From contig NMRA01000194.1 of assembly GCA_002633005.1 (NCBI GenBank), forward strand, positions 206,458 to 270,457: a DNA stretch of 64,000 nucleotides, given 5' to 3'. A program made the translations under genes and the position numbers. Below are positions 59,001 through 64,000 of this stretch, one piece after another; position 1 is the first letter of the stretch, and each line of letters begins with the position of its first letter. The notes below the pieces were generated by a model that was not told where the DNA came from, made no database searches, and worked only from the letters and a program-made list of their open reading frames with translations. Origin of the DNA: Phoronis australis. Its lineage: Eukaryota > Animalia > Phoronida.

Positions 59001-61718
59001 TGATGATCTCACGAAGACTCGCATGATTTTGCGTTTTCGTGAGATTCATTTATTGACAGAGCACAGCCCAGGACAAACTAGAACTTAAAAGAGCCAAACC
59101 TACCAAAGCACAAGACTGGAACTAACTAAATTATAAAATGTTCATTCATACACACATAACGTCCATGTGATAATTTAACACAAATAGGATATAACGTAAC
59201 ACTTGTCTAGAATTCAAACCAAAACAACTCAATAGTGAACAATAATTTACATACTGACCTGCAGTCTCTGTTAAAACAAAAACAAAAAGGGATGAAAAAA
59301 GAAAGACGGATTAAATGAGACGACACTACGATACGTTCTACAATAAGTTTTTGTTAGTAACTCATTACGAGAAATCTTGGCAGTTTCATTCAGATGCCAG
59401 TTTGGAAACTCCACAAAGACCCACCTACCATTGACTCAAACACCAGCATATTAACCAAGCCCACACTTTCAACCTTTAATTACAAAATAAACAGTTTTAG
59501 CGTTCTTAACATGTGTCAGAATAGACACTCCGGACTAGGTTCGAGTTTATTATCGCTATAACGCTAGATTCCGCAAGATATCAAGACTGTGTACTTTTAA
59601 TAAGAGCACATTACTTTAGCGAGATTTTTTTGCCACGAGACAGTAATAATGAACTTAACTCAGATCAGTCCCAACAGACATGTTGGATTTTGGCACATCA
59701 AAATACTATTCAGAGTTCACTCTTAAGCAATTGCAATTTTTTCCTAAATCTTGCACATTACTGCGTCTCAAATGTGCTTCACAATGTTTCCATATCAGAA
59801 ATCTTGACAATAACTGCTGATGCAAACATGTCCTACTATGTCATATAGCATTATACTTACACTCTATTATGAATTTTGGACTTCTAACAAATTTATGTGG
59901 TTAGCGCTAAATCGGACAACTTAATCTTAGTCTNAATGAAGAATATAAATCGGTAAATAAAACAACAAGAATGGATCAACTGAAATTTGAAATTTTCGGA
60001 GGTAACAACTTCCTTTATCAACAAAAACAGAAATAAAGACTTCTAACAAATTTATGTGGTTAGCGCTAAATCGGACAACTTAATCTTAGTCTGAAATTAT
60101 ATACACGCATGTAAATATAACATAGAATGAAAGTCTCGGTCAAAATGGAATAATGACAAGCAAGCTCACTACTTACCAATCAGATTTGTTTTCACAGTAG
60201 ACTTACTTAATTATTACTTAATGGCATACTTTGCTGTTTTGACACTGGTCAGTATGTCAAACTTTCGTTTATTGATTTTTTTTCTTAGTTTTCGCATTTT
60301 TGTCAAAATCAAACTATAGTTTTACAAATTTTATTTATAAATAACATTTCAATTATATTTGTGTGGATACCGTGATGACTGTTTCAGCATTATAATATGG
60401 AGAAAAAAATTTCATAGGGGTCGTCACAAGGGAGCCAACTTCAGCCATTCACCAAGTGATAAAATACAGACAGTTAAATCATCATTATAAGATTCCCAAG
60501 GCATAACTCTGAAACCCCAGCACTTTATCTCGGTTTAACTAACTACAATACAAGACAAAAGTAATCGGACAAACTACGGCTTCCTCATCATCACCACTAA
60601 TTCTTTGAACAGTAAAAGTGACTGAGGCAGCAAATTGTATTTACAGACAGATCTAGCCACCTTAGTAACTTTCTAATTAACTCCCCCTCATTCTCAGTCA
60701 TTAGGTAAGGCTACACTGGTTAGAAGTTCACCTTCTACTCAGCCATCATGAGGGGGAATTGTAAGATATTTTGTCCGAATACTTTTGGCCTCAACTGTAG
60801 TTACTATACATTAATTTGGAAGTCTTGCCAACAGCCTCTAGTAAATTTGGGTACTTAGCATACCTGAAGCCGCCAGGCAAAACCCACCTTCTGGTGAAAA
60901 TCACTTTTGGTGTAGACGGCTTAGCATTATAAGCTTGGTACTAACATGTACCTTATTCGGATCTGAGAGGCGTTTTCCGGGCACAGGCAAAACTGACAAT
61001 TCTGATTGGTGGACACAAGTCTCACTAGAATAGCACAACAGCACCAGTAATTTTATGCCCTGAGCACGGTTTCAAGCAATAACAAATATAGGTTATTCCC
61101 GAGAGCGAAAACAAATTTTTAGCGCCTGCAACAAGTTGTGACCAAGCCTGCAGTACATAGGCATAAGAAACTGGCGAAAATGCAAGATGACGCAAGCCTT
61201 CGTAAGAAATTGCAATGCGTTATGAACAAAGGATAAAAGCACACAGGCTTTTGACATGATTACTTCTTGGGGCTATGAAAAGCAGCTGATTTTGATCATC
61301 ACCGAAGCGCTTTTCGCATTTAGGAAATCTTTACAGTTTGTCACTGCTCAAGACGAGGCTCAATACATTGGTTCAACAAGGCTTTTATTTGTTCAGCATG
61401 GGCTAAAGCGTTAACAGACCCGCATCAGTTCTTTTCAATCCCAGAAGTCATTTTTGACCTTAACAAAATAAGAAACATTTTATCAACCAAGTGTTCTAAA
61501 CCAAAAGGTAGTTTTTGACAGAAGGTGGATATGTAGCACCTTTAATTAAGGTCTACAGCGGACACCAACAGGCCACTCACCATCATGGTCTTGCTCTTGC
61601 TGCGGGATAGTTCCTGTTGCAGACGTGCTATGGTGATCTTCTCTCGTCTGCTCATCTGACGCTCCTCAGTCAACTGCCGCTGCAGCTCATGCAGACGACG
61701 CTCCAATGAGACCATGTC
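7494..61718 (-). CDS. NCKAP5: Multi-exon NCK-associated protein 5 (NCKAP5/NCKAP5L) family gene, 5'-incomplete; overall span of 12 identified coding exons (~1540 aa)
   Basis: Hand-spliced exons have GT-AG borders and compatible phases from 61718 down to 19098. The translation contains KSKLLLERLRSMETENSSLVLENENQRAQYEKCLDEIANQVVQALLTQK-SLREEC, which nearly matches the recalled human NCKAP5 segment KTKLLLERLKALEAENSALALENENQREQYERCLDEVANQVVQALLTQKDLREEC. Confidence 0.9.
8646..12868. repeat. 2.1-kb head-to-tail duplication (8646-10746 / 10748-12868) joined by a single N; probable uncollapsed haplotypes
   Basis: Copies are co-linear with scattered SNPs and short indels, and the junction is exactly the N at 10747. 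Confidence 0.9.
13028..13171. mobile_element. Short degenerate MITE (gcggatccagga-type terminus, G/C-run interior)
   Basis: Right end aaatcctggatccgcttct, left end cggtggctgatttag, internal ggggg..ccccc hairpin. No clear TSD. Confidence 0.4.
13759..13798 (+). ncRNA. Degenerate minimal type-I hammerhead ribozyme (Penelope-like pLTR relic)
   Basis: tgacac-CTGAAGA-cggccatagaaat-GAAACGTT-gtgtca: perfect 6-bp stem I, both core boxes and palindromic stem III, but stem II is incomplete. Confidence 0.5.
14648..14817. repeat. 24-bp minisatellite x7 (catgcagagactgttcattgtgtt)
   Basis: Seen directly in the sequence. Confidence 0.95.
15071..15450. other. Assembly gap (380 N)
   Basis: Run of N. Confidence 1.
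16064..17081 (+). mobile_element. Old, diverged copy of the Helentron/pearl-type satellite-bearing element seen at 62064-64000
   Basis: Begins aactagaattcc. Contains decayed subunits (aaattgccactagggggtgtc, aaattgccactagtgaa, ggtcactaggtggcaa), then caaaatttcacaaacatccatcaaggggttttgagat, ggacggac and a terminal atgtac..gtacat hairpin. Confidence 0.65.
18606..18818 (-). mobile_element. tRNA-derived SINE
   Basis: Reverse complement aligns along its length with the copies at 38010-38223 and 48334-48579. Confidence 0.85.
19098..20069 (-). CDS. NCKAP5: NCKAP5-like exon K (972 nt, 324 aa, phase 0-0): IGRKDMPNIQADLREM...HTSCVDPQ
   Basis: Core of ORF 19086-20189. Acceptor tgccttcag, donor CAG|gtgagt. 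Confidence 0.85.
20615..20970. mobile_element. MITE with ~26-bp imperfect TIRs
   Basis: Left end ccaggattttccgcagataagcccat versus right-end reverse complement ctgggattttccgtagataagcacat. Confidence 0.7.
21064..21120. repeat. 28-bp tandem duplication just inside the intron after exon J
   Basis: ttcaatacRggatggRtcaatctgacac x2. Confidence 0.85.
21129..21257 (-). CDS. NCKAP5: NCKAP5-like exon J (129 nt, phase 0-0): SIISDSSDDESQSGVLNFVEMWKSRPQVKLPDWDPKKRLEELN
   Basis: Acceptor ggatctag, donor AAT|gtgagt. Open frame with coding-like composition. Confidence 0.82.
21668..21810. repeat. Dispersed repeat fragment; inverted relative at ~57640-57786
   Basis: The run tttaaaagaatac..tgactttcc..tcaaccctcaaaactttgga aligns with the reverse complement of tccaaacttttgagggttg..ggaaaagtca..gtatcattttaaa. 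Confidence 0.6.
22015..22470. mobile_element. Dispersed DNA-transposon-like repeat; inverted relative at ~47072-47480
   Basis: The reverse complement of 22381-22470 matches 47072-47165 (ccttagaaaaatg.ctaaatttggcta..catatctcagaaatggct). Short terminal IR gtaggacct/aggtcctac. Confidence 0.65.
22510..24507 (-). CDS. NCKAP5: NCKAP5-like exon I (1998 nt, 666 aa, phase 0-0), Ser/Pro-rich disordered region
   Basis: Core of ORF 22462-24585. Phase-0 acceptor caattgcag|AGT, donor CAG|gtactg. A very large central exon is typical of this family. Confidence 0.88.
25183..25269 (-). CDS. NCKAP5: NCKAP5-like exon H (87 nt, phase 0-0): AYSFLNQSRHGSGNSMHSVDSGDFLLGGD
   Basis: Acceptor ctaactcccttgcag with a branch-point-like ctaac, donor GAT|gtaagt. 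Confidence 0.8.
25911..26015 (-). CDS. NCKAP5: NCKAP5-like exon G (105 nt, phase 0-0): SFPNKKLMRSKLNGSTDSKGSGSQDSYHSLPVNPQ
   Basis: Pyrimidine-rich acceptor ending caattctag, donor CAG|gtatac. Open frame and locally raised GC; no homology recognised. Confidence 0.75.
26820..26939 (-). CDS. NCKAP5: NCKAP5-like exon F (120 nt, phase 0-0): SLREECMNLQGRVKDLESHNKQLNIMFQQRMRYASDSLLQ
   Basis: Acceptor ctctctatag, donor CAG|gtaaga. Resembles human DLREECVKLKTRVFDLEQQNRTLSILFQQRVRPTSDLLLQ. Confidence 0.93.
28105..28818 (+). mobile_element. Diverged tRNA-derived SINE interrupted by a hAT-like MITE
   Basis: Head ggagccagtgtggcc..gtcgtgggttcaaatctc. After removing 28318-28805 the tail reads cgtgtatcggatcaccagcactatttatttt, matching the tail of the copy at 48541-48570. 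Confidence 0.7.
28318..28797. mobile_element. hAT-superfamily MITE (480 bp) with 8-bp TSD
   Basis: TIRs ctggcctttatgcagggt / caggcctttatccaggat. Perfect TSD atcaccag at 28310-28317 and 28798-28805. Internal (tt)ggacrccc repeats. Confidence 0.85.
29265..29435 (-). CDS. NCKAP5: NCKAP5-like exon E (171 nt, phase 0-0), most conserved coiled-coil block: PGLTHDSEKSKLLLERLRSMETENSSLVLENENQRAQYEKCLDEIANQVVQALLTQK
   Basis: Acceptor atgttttag, donor AAG|gtaaat. Near-identity to the NCKAP5/NCKAP5L signature ENENQRxQYExCLDExANQVVQALLTQK. Confidence 0.95.
29925..30403. mobile_element. Degenerate MITE-like repeat; related copy at ~33125-33410
   Basis: Termini tagagacc / ggtctcta. Shares aacagygccaccttc.g.a..caactact..aaaatgtctgt with 33178-33225. 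Confidence 0.5.
32599..32688 (-). CDS. NCKAP5: NCKAP5-like exon D (90 nt, phase 0-0): NSLQKYREHVGKLEHENMVLIGQVQKLESQ
   Basis: Acceptor ccaatcacag, donor CAG|gtgagt. Heptad-like coiled-coil sequence; overlaps ORF 32584-32772. Confidence 0.85.
33496..33586 (-). CDS. NCKAP5: NCKAP5-like exon C (91 nt, phase 2-0): (K)MEDMVRSMVQYKSKIEQLKQEKASLSCSYE
   Basis: Acceptor tgcatttcag, donor GAG|gtgtgt. The phase complements exon B. Resembles human MEETVRNLLQ. Confidence 0.88.
33700..34150. repeat. Dispersed repeat (second copy ~40355-40560) split by a nested MITE
   Basis: Co-linear similarity with 40361-40560 once 33867-34102 is removed. Confidence 0.7.
33867..34102. mobile_element. PIF/Harbinger-like MITE (236 bp)
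   Basis: TIRs gggccctttccaggaaa / gggcctattccaagaaa, many internal ttaag repeats, absent from the sister repeat at ~40510. Confidence 0.7.
34637..34899. repeat. 86-bp tandem repeat x3, near-identical
   Basis: caagtgtaacatagcataactagc... starts at 34637, 34723 and 34809. Confidence 0.95.
36546..36679 (-). CDS. NCKAP5: NCKAP5-like exon B (134 nt, phase 0-2): REGYVKEFEHERRLRIEAERRLHEVTIESDACKARLHNLQEDMA(K)
   Basis: Acceptor cattttag, donor AA|gtaggt. Resembles recalled human ELEEERHLRLQSEKRLQEVTLES. Confidence 0.9.
38010..38223 (-). mobile_element. tRNA-derived SINE
   Basis: On the - strand: ggaggcagtgtggcc A-box region, B box gggttcgagtccc, conserved body ccaggtgatc.gtgcaatgggcccacat and AT-rich tail. 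Confidence 0.88.
41677..41767. repeat. Compound (CA)n/(CG)n alternating purine-pyrimidine microsatellite
   Basis: Seen directly in the sequence. Confidence 0.9.
42925..45343. mobile_element. Non-autonomous Tc1/mariner-superfamily (Tc2/pogo-like) DNA transposon, 2.4 kb
   Basis: TA TSDs; ~24-bp TIRs ccgtaatcggtggggttaacgccc / ccgtaatcgttcgggttaatgccc; clusters of ttaaccgccc at both ends; no transposase ORF. Confidence 0.88.
48334..48579 (+). mobile_element. Full-length tRNA-derived SINE with 13-bp TSD
   Basis: A-box-like tggcctggttga, B box gggtttgagtccc, AT-rich tail. TSD aaatggacgtttt at 48321-48333 and 48580-48592. Confidence 0.92.
49416..50846. mobile_element. Non-autonomous Tc2/pogo-like DNA transposon, 1.43 kb, carrying a HIRAN-like pseudogene
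   Basis: TA-flanked termini ccgtatttt / aaatacgg, with subterminal aagcgccc motifs similar to the element at 42925. Confidence 0.75.
49496..49860 (-). pseudogene. Frameshifted HIRAN-like domain remnant
   Basis: Ordered motifs across shifted frames: SIHGLHVYYEIWN, NPIDKYAVSVLKGQTIVEGEVPGEISKTC, LFLKRVGS*KCGVT..GGLEIP..FSG..LVDKLK. These match the recalled invertebrate HIRAN-like pattern RGYHVY..W..N..DxYAV..VGHVPxEIS..FL..GG..VTG..GGLEIP. Confidence 0.7.
52606..53809. repeat. 560-bp near-identical duplication (52606-53165 / 53250-53809) at a single-N join; probable haplotype artefact
   Basis: N at 53166, offset 644, few SNPs. Confidence 0.88.
53024..53077 (-). CDS. Candidate alternative first exon MNYLCDICTNDADEWIEL (second copy at 53668-53721 inside the duplicated segment)
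   Basis: 18 open codons from ATG to TTG|gtcagt, phase 0, compatible with exon B. No homology support. Confidence 0.35.
54735..55386. repeat. ~325-bp duplication (54735-55057 / 55059-55386) at a single-N join; probable haplotype artefact
   Basis: N at 55058; the copies differ by a SNP and a 5-bp indel. Confidence 0.9.
56521..56694 (-). CDS. Candidate alternative first coding exon encoding a signal-peptide-like segment plus a transmembrane helix, in phase with exon B
   Basis: ATG at 56694 (or 56619). Translation MLVSAWWLFVVRLANSDQSGDSHALMSEQWTVALALTLVLFLTTVNLWRCRLERERRE ends at donor GAG|gtgaga in phase 0. Confidence 0.6.
56911..56943 (-). promoter_or_regulatory. Candidate TATA box (TATAAATA) with adjacent CCAAT motif for the internal first exon
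   Basis: + strand tatttata at 56911-56918 reads TATAAATA on -, about 220 bp upstream of ATG 56694. ccaat at 56939-56943. Confidence 0.4.
58521..58591. repeat. 25-bp tandem repeat x~2.8 (ttcatctaggcactctacagtgcac)
   Basis: Seen directly in the sequence. Confidence 0.9.
59259..59267 (-). CDS. Candidate 9-nt frame-preserving microexon (AGA CTG CAG = RLQ) between exons A and B
   Basis: Preceded by a ~35-nt polypyrimidine tract ending taacag and followed by donor gtcagt. Confidence 0.55.
59879..60092. repeat. 55-bp duplication (59879-59933 / 60038-60092) across a single-N join
   Basis: N at 59934; gacttctaacaaattt...cttagtct is identical in both copies. Confidence 0.8.
61581..61718 (-). CDS. 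NCKAP5: NCKAP5-like exon A (138 nt, phase 0-0): DMVSLERRLHELQRQLTEERQMSRREKITIARLQQELSRSKSKTMM
   Basis: Acceptor tcatttgtag, donor ATG|gtgagt. Resembles recalled human LLTQLEEQHRSLWREKLAVARLQREVA. Confidence 0.9.
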
Positions 61719-62063
61719 CTACAAATGACAACAGATGGCAACAGTGTACTGATGATCAGTTCATGGTAAATATTCTCGGCACACGTGTCTAGCTCAGACT
61801 TCACCCACCAAAAGTAAAGCTTATTCAATTTAGAAAACAAAATGGCAACAAAGGGAATTTTGTTTCATCAAATTTCGCAACAAAACGAAGGGAAAATGTC
61901 ATCTTATGCTAGCAGATTGGGCACATCCATCAGCAAACTACAGGTTTTGAAATTCTGAGCAGTTCACAATGCAATGGAAAACCGCAATTTTGGCAAATAT
62001 TTGGAGGAAATTTACTCCACACGAAAATTATATTAAAGCATCAGCTTCGGCGTTTTAAGATTT

Positions 62064-64000
62064 AACAAGAGCAACGCAGAGCGTTGAAATGCGCCCACAA
62101 TTGCACCGCATACGGTATCCTTCTAGGGTTGTTTATTGGTACCATAAAGTGGCCAGTAGAGGGCATATATGTAGTATGTTGTACTTTGCAAAATGGAAAG
62201 GCATGGTCATTGTCTCCTCAATAGGCTAGGGGCAAAATGTGAGTAATCTTCATAATACAAGCACATCCTATACACCAGTTGCTTAAAGCACCACAGAAAC
62301 ATAGAATTAAAAACAAATTTACCAACATACGAGATTAGCACAGCATTAGAATGCCAGAAACAAATTTCTACTTGGAACTTTTCCTTCACAGTCACGAAGT
62401 AACACAAAGTATACACCTGAAGACCTATGAAAATACAGAGGTCAATGTAAAATACTAAAATTGCCACTAGAGGCAAATACTAAAATTGCCACTAGAGGCA
62501 TACCGGTAATCAGAATCATCCTAAAGTCGTCATCGTCCGTTGTCAACATCACATAAATACACTTGCTAAATTTAGTAAAGATCCTGCAAACGGTTTGGGA
62601 GATACAGCCATGGGCGCAAAAAAACAAAACTGCCACTAGGAGGCGCCACAGTAGTCCAAATCGTCTGAAAATCATTGTCAGCTGTCTTCCTTATAGTAAG
62701 CACATACACGCCAATTTTCACAATCATCCTTTGAGCGGTTTGGTTGATAGAGGGGTGGACGCAAAAATACAGACTCGAAAACAGTAAAAATGGCCACTAG
62801 GTGGCGCAAACTACGTCGAATCCATCTGAAAACAGTAGGATAGCGTCATCTCACTAATAGGTGCCTACATACCAAATTTCATGAAAATCCGTTCAATACT
62901 TTTGAAGATACAAAGGTAAGCGTAAAAAACTAAAATTGCCACTAGGGGGCACACCGGTAGTCGGATCCGACCAAAAGTCGTCATCTTCCGTTGTTAACAT
63001 CATATAAATATACTTACACAATTTGTAAAGATCCTGCGAACGGTTTAGGAGATACAGCCATAGGCGCAAAAAAACAAAACTGCCACTAGGAGGCGCCACA
63101 GTAGTCGAAATCGTCGGAAAATCATCGTCAACCGTCCTCTACATAGTAAGCATATACATGCCAATTTTCACAATCATCCTTTGAGCGGTTTGGTTGATAG
63201 AGGGGTGGACGCACAAAAACAGACTCGAAAACACTAAAAATGGCCACTAGGTGGCGCAAACTATGTCGAATCCATCTGAAAACGGGAGGATAGCGTCATC
63301 TCACTAATAGGTGCCTACATACCAAATTTCATGAAAATCCAATAAGGACTTGTGAAGATACAAAGGTAAGCGTAAAAAAATTAAAATTGCCACTAGGGGG
63401 CACACCGGTAGTCGGATCCGTCCAAAAGTCGTCATCTTCCGTTGTTAACATCATATAAATATACTTACACAATTTCGTAAAGATCCTGCGAACGGTTTAG
63501 GAGATACAGCCATAGGCGAAAAAAAAAACAAAACTGCCACTAGGAGGCGCCACAGTAGTCGAAATCGTCGGAAAATCATCGTCAACCGTCCTCTACATAG
63601 TAAGCACATACATGCCAATTTTCACAATCATCCTTTGAGCGGTTTGGTTGATAGAGGGGTGGAAGCACAAAAACAGACTCGAAAACACTAAAAATGGCCA
63701 CTAGGTGGCGCAAACTATGTCGAATCCATCCGAAAACGGCAGGATAGCGTCATCTCACTACTAGGTGCCTACATACCAAATTTCATGAAAATCCGTTCAG
63801 GACTTTTGAAGATACAAAGGTAAGCTTAAAAAACTAAAATTGCCACTAGTGGGCACACCGGTAGTCGGATCCGTCCGAAAGTTCGCACATGCCGTCCCAT
63901 TCATGAATGAAACATATCTGCCAAATTTCATGAACGTATGTCAAAGGGTTTTGGAGATAGAGCAGCGGACGCCGGACGCCAGACGCCGGACGGACGCCGC
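62064..64000 (+). mobile_element. Helentron-associated / pearl-type non-autonomous element with an internal ~450-bp higher-order satellite (3 x ~150-bp subunits); runs off the window end
   Basis: Starts aacaagagcaacgcagagcgttg (short hairpin). 450-453-bp units begin at 62481, 62931, 63382 and 63835, followed by ccaaatttcatgaa..ggttttggagat and a ggac/gacgcc microsatellite, the layout known for HINE/pearl elements. Confidence 0.8.

Noticed and set aside
62481-63960. Regularly spaced gccactag motifs as a CRISPR-like array, and ORFs 62207-63099
   Set aside because: The intervening sequences repeat with a 450-bp period (satellite), and the ORFs are incidental translations of it.

Overview
This is animal (probably bilaterian invertebrate) genomic DNA, AT-rich, from a draft assembly with one 380-N gap and several single-N joins. 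No prokaryotic operons, rRNA, true tRNA genes or CRISPR arrays were seen. About 54 kb (7494-61718) is one intron-rich minus-strand gene, an NCKAP5/NCKAP5L-family homolog. I reconstructed 12 GT-AG exons by hand, giving about 1540 aa: an N-terminal coiled coil closely matching vertebrate NCKAP5, then long Ser-rich disordered exons. The 5' end lies beyond the window, and at least one small exon is unlocated before the last exon. The introns hold tRNA-derived SINEs, Tc2/pogo-like, hAT-like and Harbinger-like non-autonomous DNA transposons, Helentron/pearl-type satellite-bearing elements, minisatellites and haplotype-duplication artefacts. The most notable observations are: (1) a TATA-associated candidate alternative first exon that would give NCKAP5 a signal peptide and a transmembrane anchor, plus other in-phase alternative exons and a 9-nt microexon in the same 25-kb intron; (2) a mobile satellite carrying a same-orientation CTCF-like motif every 144-161 bp; (3) a Tc2/pogo-like element carrying a decayed HIRAN-like cargo gene; (4) a striatin/RIPOR-like EALxxFDFL motif in the last exon. 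Family assignments rest on recalled sequences and motifs, not on database searches.
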